In this document: piece after piece, positions 31,001-41,819 of the stretch
Layout: every line of letters starts with the position of its first letter
Numbering within the stretch: the stretch's first letter is position 1
Position numbers and translations under genes: made by a program
Notes under the pieces: generated by a model
Seen by the model: only the letters and a program-made list of their open reading frames with translations
What the model was told of the DNA's origin: nothing
Databases searched by the model: none
Assembly: GCA_002269645.1 (NCBI GenBank)
Contig: NIVC01001726.1
Coordinates: 1-64,000, forward strand
Length of the DNA: 64,000 bases
Source: Macrostomum lignano
Taxonomy: Eukaryota
Direction: 5' to 3'

Positions 31001-31997
31001 TTAGTCTGATTTTGCTCCGGATATTCGTCCGGTTGGGTCGTTGTGTCGCTTTCGTTAGGTTTTAGTCTGATTTTGCTCCGGATATTCGTCCGGTTGGGTC
31101 GTCGTGTCGCTTTCGTTAGGTTTTAGTCTGATTTTGCTCCGGATATTCGTCCGGTTGGGTCGTTGTGTCGCTTTCGTTAGGTTTTAGTCTGATTTTGCTC
31201 CGGATATTCGTCCGGTTGGGTCGTTGTGTCGCTTTCGTTAGGTTTTAGTCTGATTTTGCCTCGGTTATTTGCCGGGTTCTGCTATTGCACTTTCATCCGG
31301 TCATTTGTCGGGTTTTATTCAGGGTACTCATCATTTTGAGTAGCCGAAGAGAAACCCGAGAAAATACATGATGTCCTCTACGAAATTCCTGACGAACAAC
31401 CAGACGAAACTGCCGTCTTCGTCCGTTTTCGAGACCACTTTCCCGAGGATTTTCGGGTTTTTAGATAGGAAAAAATGTATTACAAACCGGGAAAAAATCC
31501 CGATCGCCTACCGGGCGAAAAACCTGATCAGATGGCCACACGGGGAATTTCAAAACTAAGCGGCTAGACCAAAGATTGTAAAACAGTGAAAAGTGCAGCC
31601 TCAATAAATAGACAATTCACCTATTATAAGCAGCCTCCAGCTCGGCGCAGTGCCTCTCCTCAAACTGCCACCAGCCGTTGCGACCTTCGTAGTACCAGCC
31701 GCGCTGTCTGCATGCCGGGTCAGACGCGCAATCGACAGAATCAGCGGCCGCCGCCTCGGCGTTACCACTGGCAACGAGGACGCCAACGCTAGACGCGGCG
31801 GCCGACTCCTGCGGCAGGCGGGGTCGGGCGAAAAAATCGGCGGGTATCCGCGACCGGCACAGGGGGCAGCGCATCGAACGGAGGGCGGCGCCTTTGATGC
31901 ACAGGAAGCAGAAGCGGTGGGGGCAGGCCGGCAGGGACACGGGGTGCACCATAGGGCTAAGACACACGGCGCATTCATCACATGATGCTGCAGCCAT
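22058..31997 (-). CDS. RNF146: E3 ubiquitin ligase RNF146/iduna (RING + WWE); coding exons 31997-31621 and 22553-22058 separated by a 9,067-bp intron
   Basis: Exon 1 has ECAVCLSPMVHPVSLPACPHRFCFLCIKG (RING) and WYYEGRNGWWQFEE (WWE). Exon 2 has LVIFGYAYVVDFALMVQQR...VRRVKR...KGVAGL, the rest of the WWE domain. The phase-2 donor at 31620 and the acceptor at 22554 join them in frame. Confidence 0.92.
22600..23170. repeat. 26-28-bp minisatellite (GGCTGGCCCAGCAACTGGGGATCTGGGA) in the RNF146 intron
   Basis: Directly visible; the same family occurs inverted at 56525-57030. Confidence 0.95.
23189..23223 (+). repeat. Left TIR (CCCGTGTGGCCATCTGATCAGGTTTTTCGCCCGGT)
   Basis: Exact reverse complement of 31510-31544. 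Confidence 0.97.
23930..26702 (+). pseudogene. EnSpm-type DDE transposase, interrupted (introns 24117-24193 and 24314-24390; in-frame stops at 24298-24300 and 25743-25745)
   Basis: Family motifs are visible: CxxC zinc-finger-like region, LSSDG(F)P..S..(V)CPVYL.INE (D1), MFDSPAR...YGCEKC (D2 + CxxC), GVRGHSPL..LPGFD...YLH.L.LG, R..R.L......E...WL, and IFES (E). The 5' start was not determined. Confidence 0.88.
27814..28104 (+). CDS. Short orphan ORF inside the transposon (96 aa, or first exon ending at the GTAAG donor at 28101)
   Basis: ATG 23 nt after a polypyrimidine-AG acceptor; GC-rich; no recognisable domain. Confidence 0.4.
   Translation: MSDRPIIDWPKLFDRMIADGDARANVDSDDGSDTTIGGHSPGPPPTSTRARATAESKYTWEDYNRLPPAAPPSFESRRWDERRLLPAQTCPDCASW
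28663..30559 (+). CDS. Transposon accessory protein (TnpA-like role): Lys/Ser-rich N-terminus, coiled coil, BEN-like domain; intron 29365-29453; 1-nt slip in the A8 run at 29063-29070
   Basis: A phase-1 GT-AG intron joins the frames. LRAALRAVFTDREFDCCTLSGRK...NPGKLAAVRVWL...LSQAFTQCTATARQRL fits the BEN domain pattern (l..lFt.eel...sl.G...LDp.kl.ai...kc...R) as recalled. Confidence 0.65.
30842..31260. repeat. 61-bp subterminal tandem repeat x~7 near the right end of the transposon
   Basis: ATTCGTCCGG recurs at 61-nt spacing (30901, 30962, ...). Confidence 0.95.
31510..31544 (-). repeat. Right TIR
   Basis: Exact reverse complement of 23189-23223. Confidence 0.97.
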
Positions 31998-32349
31998 GCC
32001 AGCAGCAGGTTTGTTACTATGCTCCTGAGTATGCATGCAGTAAAAAACATTTGTCTGATCTTATACTTTTATAAAATAAATTTTATATAAGCGATCTTGC
32101 ATGCACATTAGGGAGCCAACAATTTAAGTAAAGTATCTTTTTTTCTTTGAATTTTCTCGTTTTATGGCTACTGTGCGAAATTGCATTTACCATTCATTTT
32201 AATTAAACCAATCAATCATTTTAGAGGCTATATCCTATATACTATAGCTCAATATGAGTTAATACTAGCAATCCAGTCCATTTGGGGAGTGCAAAAATGA
32301 AAATGAAAATATGGCTGAAAATATTAAAGAATGGACCCATGCTTCCAGT

Positions 32350-33365
32350 TAGCCTTGACATCCCAGCATTCCCCCCATAAGCCTTGACATCTCAGCAATT
32401 CTCCCAATAAGCCATGACATCTTAGAAATTTTCCCACTAAGCCTTGGAGTCAGCAATTTCCACAAAAGCCTTAACATCCCAGCAACTCCCCTAACTGTAG
32501 GCCTTGACATCCCAGCAATTCCCCATAAGCCAAGCCTTGACATCCCAGCAATTCCCCATAAGCCAAGCCTTGACATCCCAGCAATTCCCCATAAGCCAAG
32601 CCTTGACATCCCAGCAGTTCCCCATAAGCCAAGCCTTGACATCCCAGCAATTCCCCATAAGCCAAGCCTTGACATCTTAGAAATTATCCCAGTAAGCCTT
32701 GACATCCCAGCGATTCCCCATATAAGCCAAGCCTTGACATCCCAGCAATTCCCCATAAGCCAAGCCTTGACATCCCAGCAATTCCCCATAAGCCAAGCCT
32801 TGACATCCCAGAAATTCCCCATAAGCCAAGCCTTGACAACTTAGAAATTATCCCAGTAAGCCTTGACATCCCAGCAATTCCCCATAAGCCTTGACATCCC
32901 AGCAATTCCCCATAAGCCAAGCCTTGAAATCTTAGAAATTATCCCAGTAAGCCTTGACATCCCAGCAATTCCCCATAAGCCTTGACATCCCAGCAATCCC
33001 CATAAGCCTTGACATCCCAGCAATCCCCATAAGCCTTGACATCCCAGCAATTCCCCATAAGCCTTGACATCCCAGCAATTCCCCATAAGCCAAGCATTGA
33101 CATCCCAGCAATTCCCCATAAGCCAAGCCTTGAAATCTTAGAAATTATCCCAGTAAGCCTTGACATCCCAGCAATTCCCCATAAGCCTTGACATCCCAGC
33201 AATCCCCATAAGCCTTGACATCCCAGCAATCCCCATAAGCCTTGACATCCCAGCAATTCCCCATAAGCCTTGACATCCCAGCAATCCCCATAAGCCTTGA
33301 CATCTCAGCAAATCCCTCCATAAGCCTCGACATCTCAGCAGTTCTCCCAGTAAGTCTAGACATTT
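32350..33365. repeat. 27-33-bp minisatellite (ATAAGCCAAGCCTTGACATCCCAGCAATTCCCC) upstream of RNF146 exon 1
   Basis: Directly visible. Confidence 0.93.
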
Positions 33366-34989
33366 TAGCAATTTCCCTTGCTAAAATGTTTTTTATGTTC
33401 TACAAGATGCTTTATTTATGCTTGAAATTATGCTTCTTTTATGTTTAGCGTAATACTTTTTTACATGGTGATTCTTTTTGTAAGCTTTAATCATGAAACT
33501 TAAAAATATTAACAAGTTACTCTATTGAAATTCTAACCCAGTCGCTGCTTTAGCAGCTCCATCTGTTTGCATCTGGGCTAGCTTTCATTGATCAATATGC
33601 TTGTACATAAATTGTAGCACTTATAATTCAATACTCAAATCACATTAGTTAGAGTAAAAGTCATGACATAATTTATTTCTCATTCAGTCAGTGTCAGTCA
33701 CTATTAAAGTTAGCAATTCAATTATGCAATATCAATCAAGTCTTGTGCTATATGCTTCTGTAGAGTGTTCTACCTCCCGTAAAAAAGACAAAAGTGTTAA
33801 TGTACTACTCATATTTTATTCAATAGTATACTAAGTACCATGTATTAAGATATGCACTAAACCATACATATTTTAAAATCAATCAATAGGAAAAGAGAAA
33901 TCTTGAGCATGCTAATTCTAGAAATCACCCAATCACGTGTGACCTGTCAATTGTCAACTGTCAATTCAAACCCCACCTTCAAGTCATCATCTAGTTTGCA
34001 CCCGGGTTGCACCCAGATGAACCAATCAAAGACTACCAGCTATGGTAACTAATCATGCACTTTTACAGTAGACTAGTTGCGCAACTTTCTACCCTGTCAT
34101 GCTTGATAGCCACCAAATTGTGACCCTTTGACATTTATAAAAAAGTGATGGACAACCTCGAGAGAGGTTCATTTGCCTATAAATACAAGTGGTCCAAAGC
34201 GGACCCGGAGCCAAGAAATCCTCTGGAAGGAGAAGAGCTCCAAAGAGGAAGCCAATACAAGACTTCCTACAGAAGACCCATCGAGTTCTTGCGGTAAGCC
34301 TTACTCATTTGAGCCTGTGTTTGAGACATCTCATTTGTATTGAGTTTGAGTCTATTGAGACTCAATTGGTTGCAGTCTCCAGAAAGACTGCCCCTGATAG
34401 ATCTTAGAAGACTATCAGTGGTTTCTAGAGCTATACCTAGAATGTGTTAAGGCACTGCTAGAAGGAGTAGGCTTATACAATACTGCAGTTTGGCACAGGG
34501 ATCCCATTGTTAATTGGAAGCTTCCCATTGGTCTGTGCGACAGATACTGGCCAGCAAGAAACGAAGAAGACTTACCTGACCAGGCTCCAAGAGCGAAGCG
34601 AAGTTAATTGGCAAACTTCAAAGGACCACTCGCGAGAACTATGCAAGGAAGAGATTGACTCAACTGGACACAAGGTAAAAGATACCTTCATTTGATTACT
34701 GGGTTGCCTAGCTAAAGAGCTAGAAGTGATTGTTCTTTGATTATAGAAAAGGTCTGGTAATAAGGAACACATCACTTCCACACTGTATATTTTTAGTGTA
34801 AGTGTTGTACTCGCGGGCTGCGATCTCATTTAGCCCTGTTGTTTGTTTTCCCCGGGTAGCAGGTTCAGTGTGGGACTGCCCCGGGTGCGCGGCAGAGGGA
34901 TAGACAGAAGGCAAACGACCAGCGACTCCTCGAGATCACAACGCAAATCATCCCAGTCTAAGCCGAACCCGGCCCATTGCAGGCTTTGC

Positions 34990-35500
34990 TTCCTGGGTCT
35001 AGACCTTTATGCTGAGTTCGGTGTCGCACCATCAGCATCTGAAGAGGAGCTGCGGAGAGCATACTAGCGGGAGTCTACAACGGCATCCAGATAAGTGTGG
35101 GCAACAGGGAACTGAGAGCTTCCAGAAGCTCCAGCATGCCAGTGCAATCTTGCTGTGCCCATTTCGGCGAGCATTGTATGATTGGTTTGGTCAGGAGGCA
35201 GTCTCTAACCCGATTGAGTGTGCCCGGTATTTTGTGCCGCCAGATGGTGTGTTGGTGCCAGAGGAGTTCTGTACTTGTATCGTATTGACAACGAATCAGC
35301 CAGTCCAAGTGAGAATGGCAAAACGGATGCAAGCGAGTGGGCTGATAGGATAGAGGAGGATCTCTCAGATTACAAGGCTAGGTATGCGTATGGCTACACC
35401 TAGTCCGAGGAAGACAAGCTCGGACTAAATGACTGGATGGAAGATGTCGTCATGGTGGAAGACAACCAGGGTGGTCAAGTGATACTAGCGGCCACAACAT
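34990..35500 (+). pseudogene. DnaJ (J-domain) pseudogene, weakly DNAJC9-like
   Basis: DLYAEFGVAPSASEEELRRAY*R/SLQRHPDK...FQKLQHASAILL...RRALYD.FG is a J domain with HPD, broken by a TAG and a frameshift. The downstream EEDLSDYKARY...SEED recalls DNAJC9. Confidence 0.7.
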
Positions 35501-36964
35501 AAGTGCAATCTAGTGCATTAGCATACTCTAGCACAAGAAAAGGGGGCACCTAGTACAATTAAGACCTTGGCTACAATAGGGCTTATTTTTATAATATAAA
35601 GAACTGATACTAGGCCTAAATAAAAAATAATTTATAAAAATCTAATACTTAGGGCCTAACCTTGTATTAACTTTATTTTAATTTAACTAATTTTATAAGC
35701 CCTATAGGGAATAGGCCTTTATATTTATATAACAGGCATTTATAATTATATTCCTAACTCAATAAAACTTAGGCCCTATATAAAACATAGAAAGCCTTTA
35801 TACCTAATATGGCCTAGATCTAAGTTTAATTTTTATATAAATATTTTGATCAAATGTCAAATTATATGAATTGTATAAAACATTAAACTAAAATAAAAAA
35901 AGCCATGTTTTTGCTAATAGTGATAGTGAGAATCTAGTGAGAAACAATTTAAGTTTTGTATATATAAAATATAATATTAATTTTTTTGTCCTAGGTTTCT
36001 AATCAAATAAAAGTATTGACAAAATTATTTTTAATTTATCCTAGCCAAGCATAGGCTGCCCAACTATAATACAAAAATAAAACCTGCCAAAGGTACCTTT
36101 CTTAATGAATAAATATATCTTAACTAAAGCAAATAAAATATATATAATATATTATTGATCTATACAATAATGTAATATGACTGACAATATGCTTTTTGTT
36201 TTGCTATTTTTGACATTTTGTCTGCAGCTTGGGTAGGGTGAGATTGGGATTTCACTTTGGCATTTTAGGTTGGTAAGGCCTAGGCCTATCCTAGGATTTT
36301 AAAAAAGTGTCAAAATGAGATTGGGTTGGTATAATTGCTATCCTAGTCTAGTATATATAAGCCTATTACTGCAAATGAACATTAACTTTTTGTTATCTGG
36401 ATCTTGTCCACTATGGACTAGGCCTACCTTTTTGACCCATAGAAATCAAATTAGGCCTCATTGCTTGCATTATTATAATATTATGTATTATAGGCATATT
36501 ACTTACTATCTTAAAAATGGTATAAGACCAAGATGGCCACAGCATTGAATCTCTGTTATATCTAATTTTTCTCTCTGTACCATTAATTAGCAACTTAATA
36601 GGCTTAGGCCTAGCTATTGTAATATTAACTAATATGTTTAATCAATCATAATATTTATAAATACTAATAGGGGGCTCACTCAGGCTACAATAATAGATTT
36701 GAAACTAATTACCCATAATACAAAACTTTAATCTTTTTCTGTGTTTGTGCCAATTTATTGCGTCTATTAAATCTATCACTATTAGTTTATCAAGAAACCA
36801 ATGCTATACAAAATAGGATATATATGCAATAAGGTATTTATTTTGTGCTAGGTTACTTGCCTTATGTAGTAGATAAATATAGGTCAGGCTATAATAAAAG
36901 CTAGGGGGGCCTAAAGTCAAAGGGAATGTTCTTAATTTAAAATAATTCTATTATAGCATCTATC

Positions 36965-37076
36965 GGCTATCCTGTAGTTTTGCACGTTTAATTATAACCC
37001 TCACCCCCCACCACCCTTGAATAGAGGGCGAAATAATTCCGTAAAATAATTTAACGTGCGAAACTACAGGATAGCC
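36965..37076. mobile_element. 112-bp MITE with ~31-bp TIRs (GGCTATCCTGTAGTTT...) and an 8-bp TSD CATCTATC
   Basis: TIRs match with 2 mismatches; CATCTATC is present at 36957-36964 and 37077-37084. Confidence 0.88.
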
Positions 37077-37231
37077 CATCTATCCCCTCCAAGACTTAAA
37101 GATCTATAGTATGATATAGTATATCTAATACAAATTAATACCAATAAGAAATGAGTCGAGTACATATATATAGGGCCTACTTAGGCTTATTATTATCTAT
37201 TTATGCATTTAGAGCTGCGGCCAATTTTTTT

Positions 37232-37458
37232 CTGGGTTTTTTCGTCCATAACTTGGGTGCGATTTCGCACCCTGTGCTAGATTTCAGGGTGCGATTTTCA
37301 AGACCAGGATGCGCTGCACGTCCATAACACTAAATTTTGAAATCCGCATCACGTCCTTACAAAAAATTCTGGTGCGCTTTTCGCACCCTGAGTCAAATTT
37401 CAGGGTGCGATTTTTAAGACCAGGATGCTATTCGCACCCATTCGCACAAAAAACCCAG
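37232..37458. repeat. ~230-bp MITE-like element with an internal duplication and GGGTGCG/CGCACCC palindromes
   Basis: Flanked by the CTGGGTTTTTT / AAAAAACCCAG inverted repeat; an internal ~60-bp block occurs twice; no TSD found. Confidence 0.5.
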
Positions 37459-38342
37459 GCGGGGCCATCTTGGTGTGTGGCCATCTTGGTCATGCGCCTA
37501 AAAATAGTATCTTGCATAATCTAGCTAAGATTAAATTACTTATTATTAAACTGCGTTGGATTAGCAAAGCCTGTGTCATGTAGAACTTATCAAATTTTAA
37601 TTTAATGACATGAATGTAGTTATATGCACGCACGAAACTACGCTACATCGGTGCGAACATACATAAAGAATGCTGAATGAGTCACAATGAAAAATGAATA
37701 AATGAAGATAGATTGCAATTTTGAATACTGCACATAGTTTTAGACGGGTAAAGCAAAAAATTGCTATTATTTGAAATCAAATACTACAAGTCTAATGCGC
37801 TATTTGTTAATTAGATTCTTAATTAGTTTCATTTTGACTTGCTGACGCCCGTTTTTTACTGACAGCTGCTGTGGATTTTGAAGACGGCACATTCCCTGTT
37901 CGCCTGTACCCCATCATGGGTTCAATCCAAGGACTACTTAATAGTAATATACTACTATATTACTATTATTACTATTACTGCAACTACTCGAAGCATATAT
38001 GGCTGATTTTCTCGCCCTCTGATCAATAGGCGGAACAGCCGCACTGTAGGCACTAGGACTAGGTTTAGGCTAGGCGTAAGGTCCCAGTTTTAGGCTAAGG
38101 GCTAGGCGTGGGAAGCCTCCGACTTCTATCCCTGACGTCGGAAGTCGTGAGTTTTTCGGACAGATTTTTATTGATTGTTGTTCTTTAACAATCAAGTGTT
38201 CTAATTATGTAAGTTATTTTGACAATTGCATTTATTGACTACTACCTTGCTTATTTTTATTTACTGTTGTTCTTAATGTAGTTACTTTGCTGCCAGTCAT
38301 CAGATATTTTGCCTTTCATGTGCATGTAACGGTTACAGATAG

Positions 38343-38750
38343 GCTGTCTCTGAACCAATGTTCTCAAAGCTCTGTTTCCTGGGATGGCGTCTGCGGCAGA
38401 GCCATCGATGGAAACACAAACCATGCAGCATGACTACTGGAATAGTGCACTCACACGAACTGGGAGAAGGGCTGGTGGATGGCTGAGACTCCGAAGCTGG
38501 CACAAATCAGAAAGGTCAAGATCTTCAAACAGACGACTCGACTGCTGTTCTAACAGACTTACAAACTTTGTGGTCACGGTGGACGGTGACGCGTGCGCCT
38601 CGTACAACTCAAGCAGCGTCTTCAAGGTGAAGACGTTCAGTTGCAACAGAGTAGGCAGGGTCGTGTGAAGATCAGCAGTCGCAAGAAAACTTCCCTGAAC
38701 CTATGCGAAGTTCAGGTGTTCGGCTTCTACGCAAAGTCGTATATGGGCAG
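38343..38750 (+). pseudogene. F-type lectin (fucolectin/FTP domain) pseudogene or error-laden exon
   Basis: Frames give CSQSS...RAIDGN, CTHT...WW, RLDCCSNRLTNF, C...GRVV/KI...LNLCEVQVFG, including the H...RxDxxxxR fucose-binding motif; at least 3 frameshifts. Confidence 0.8.
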
Positions 38751-39419
38751 TAAGTTATAAACCTTTCCGTGTTCCCTTCGAAGACATTGCTAGGCTAAAT
38801 TGTCACGTGTTTAAATTCATTACACCAACTCCAAGCGAGTGCTAAAGAATGCAATTTAACATATTATGAATAGCAACAGACTCTGTGTATGACACTCCTT
38901 TATCTGCAGCTCCACTGCCGATTGTCTAACTCGTACGGTGTGTGAAGCTTGACGACACCGAATGAAGAGGAGGACGAATGATTGATTTCTATGACGGAGA
39001 GAATTGAGCAACTCTCAAAATAAGACTTTCACTCACCTAACGATTGTGAAAGTCTATTTATATTTTCCTTTCGCCCAAGTGCAGGTTTATTTAAACACAG
39101 CTCTTTTTGATTCGCGGTGGTGGAAAGCTATCTAATAGAAAAGACATTTATCGGTTGAGAAGATAGCTGGAACCCCGGATGACGGTGTATTGGAATATGT
39201 GCACCACTGAAGTTGCTTCGCCTTTCTACCCAATTGTAATGTTCAGTTAGCCAGGAATATCGACCAAAACCAAAGCTTTCCTCATGCACCAACCCCAACA
39301 CTTCAAATATCCACTATATAGCATGTAGACACATCTAATTATGCCTTAATTCTGCAATGCAATCAGGCAATTATTGCAATTATTAGGCAATCAGGCCCGC
39401 TCAAGGTTTGTGTCTCTTC

Positions 39420-39600
39420 TCAGCTTGATGTCCTCTCTCTAATCGCCTCTTTTTTTCTCCTCTTTCCTCTCCTCTCCTCTCCTCTCTCGTTTCCTCTCTT
39501 CCCCCCCTTTTTTGCCTCGCCTCTCCTTTCTCCTATCTCTCTTCTCTCTATTCCATTTCCTTTCTCCCCTCCTCTGGCCCGCAGTTCTCTAGTTCTCGGT
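39420..39600. repeat. CT-rich low-complexity tract
   Basis: Directly visible. Confidence 0.85.
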
Positions 39601-39762
39601 TCTCTAGCTGGCCCTAATTGAGGCGGAGTTTGCCGACCCTGATAATACAAACTGAACTTTTTTCATATCTGATTGAAAGTCTCCTGTTAGTTTAAAATTA
39701 CTTCCAATTGATTAATCCGCAGAAATATGGAGAGAGAAAGAGAGAGAGATTCACTTCTTGTC

Positions 39763-40396
39763 TACGACCAGTTTTGCTAAGCTATCTCGTGTCTCTATGA
39801 TTCTAGCAGTCATACCGTTCTCACTACGACCAGTTTTGCTAAGCTATCTCGTGTCTCTATGATTCTAGCAGTCATACCGTTCTCACTACGACCAGTTTTG
39901 CTAAGCTATCTCGTGTCTCTATGATTCTAGCAGTCATACCGTTCTCACTACGACCAGTTTTGCTAAGCTATCTCGTGTCTCTATGATTCTAGCAGTCATA
40001 CCGTTCTCACTACGACCAGTTTTGCTAAGCTATCTCGTGTCTCTATGATTCTAGCAGTCATACCGTTCTCACTACGACCAGTTTTGCTAAGCTATCTCGT
40101 GTCTCTATGATTCTAGCAGTCATACCGTTCTCACTACGACCAGTTTTGCTAAGCTATCTCGTGTCTCTATGATTCTAGCAGTCATACCGTTCTCACTACG
40201 ACCAGTTTTGCTAAGCTATCTCGTGTCTCTATGATTCTAGCAGTCATACCGTTCTCACTACGACCAGTTTTGCTAAGCTATCTCGTGTCTCTATGATTCT
40301 AGCAGTCATACCGTTCTCACTACGACCAGTTTTGCTAAGCTATCTCGTGTCTCTATGATTCTAGCAGTCATACCGTTCTCACTACGACCAGTTTTG
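39763..40396. repeat. 62-bp tandem repeat x~10, essentially identical copies
   Basis: GCTATCTCGT recurs at 62-nt spacing (39781, 39843, ...). Confidence 0.97.
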
Positions 40397-40505
40397 AGCT
40401 TGCGACAAGCCCCAAAGTCATAGCTGAATTAATTGTCTGTCAGTTGCGGCCTGACTGTCTGACTATGAGAAAATCGGGGCCGCTGTGCACCCTGGATGTG
40501 TGCAT

Positions 40506-40780
40506 CCATTCCCTCGTTGAGATCCTAAACACCGCCATGCGCGCCAACGCCCCTAAGTTGTATTGCAGGAAGAAATACTCTCCTTGGTGGAGTCCCGAGC
40601 TCACTCACATGAAGAAAAACATCAAGACAAGAAAACACAAGACAAGAAAAACCTTTGGTCTAGCTAAAACAGGCTTACATGGACCACCTAATTTCTCGGA
40701 TAGACTGAAACATTCAACTGAACTGTCAATAGGTAATACACGAGAAGACACGAATGTCTCGCAGGAGATATCCCAATAAC
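40506..40780 (+). mobile_element. Possible non-LTR retrotransposon (LINE ORF2) fragment
   Basis: TAMRANAPK...[15 protein letters not shown] resembles the PWW motif between the LINE endonuclease and RT domains; nothing else of the element is visible. Confidence 0.45.
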
Positions 40781-40971
40781 ACAGAGTCCCGGAGAGGTGC
40801 AACAGTAACAGATGTTACATCAAGTGGACTGGATACCTAAGGTAAGCATACTCGCATTGAAATTGCAGTAAGTACTAAAACAAAGTGTTATTTAGGATGA
40901 AAAAATGTTTTCCTGCCAGACCAAAAAGCAAAATCTACCAGGTAAGCAAATCGGTGCACATACAACTTAAG

Positions 40972-41460
40972 CTGGTCCAGCTAACCTACAGACTGTACTG
41001 ACGTCACAGAGCCAGTCTGTTTAAGAGCCTCACAGATGGGAGGTGGAATTCAAGTTTAGGAGGTCCAGCTAACCTACAGACTGTACTGACGCAACTGAGC
41101 CAGTCTGTTGAAGAGCCTCACAGATGGGAGGTGGAATTTAATTTTAGGTGGTCCAACTAACCTACAGACTGCACTGACGCAACTGAGCCAGTCTGTTGAA
41201 GAGCCTCACAAATGGGGGTGGAATTCAAGTTTAGGTGGTCCAGCTAACCTACAGACTGCACTGACGCAACTGAGCCAGTCTGTTTAAGAGCCTCACAGAT
41301 GGGAGGTGGAGTTCAAGTTTAGGTGGTCCAGCTAACTTACAGACTGCACTGACGCAACTGAGCCAGTCTGTTTTAGAGCCTCACCAATAGGAGGTAGAAT
41401 TCAAGTCCAGGAGATCCAGCTAACCTACAGACTGTACTGACACCAATATGCCAGTCTGTT
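40972..41460. repeat. ~87-bp tandem repeat, block 1 (GGTCCAGCTAACCTACAGACTG...CAGTCTGTTGAAGAGCC...)
   Basis: Directly visible; each unit contains an 8-bp inverted repeat. Confidence 0.9.
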
Positions 41461-41819
41461 TCAAAGTCTCAGTAGAATATCAGTTGCAAACTGTCAATCC
41501 TGAATTCTCGTATAAATGCCAAATTTGACAGGCCCAGTCTGAAGACGGCAAGTCAGCTTTGATGCAGACGAGTGACGCAAGCAACTCCAGGAAGATGTCG
41601 ACCAAGACTTTAAAGGCCAAGAGCCATTGAGTCGACTATAGGCTGACACCTCACGTCTGGACACCTCTAAGAAGTCGGCTGAGGCACCTGAGACGCTGGT
41701 CAGTCCGGTGGACAGACGTGTTGCCTCATCGCAGTTCAGTCATCGGACGAGATTGAAACTACTGTGGTGAGCCTGCTGCAAAAGTGTTCAGATTTGGCTT
41801 TTCCTATTCTAATTGAACT

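Larger units (their letters stand above)
23189..31544 (+). mobile_element. EnSpm/CACTA (CMC superfamily) DNA transposon, 8,356 bp
   Basis: Perfect 35-bp TIRs starting CCCGTGTGGCC; internal EnSpm-type transposase, accessory ORFs and subterminal repeats. The TSD is not cleanly readable (left flank ...AGAT, right flank GAAT...). Confidence 0.92.

Noticed and set aside
23186-31548. Target-site duplication of the EnSpm element
   Set aside because: The flanks (AGAT | GAAT) give no exact 2- or 3-bp duplication, so none is claimed.
41530-41770. Exon-like segment between the two 87-bp blocks (and 40740-40840)
   Set aside because: It has AG/GT boundaries but stops in all plausible frames and shows no recognisable homology.
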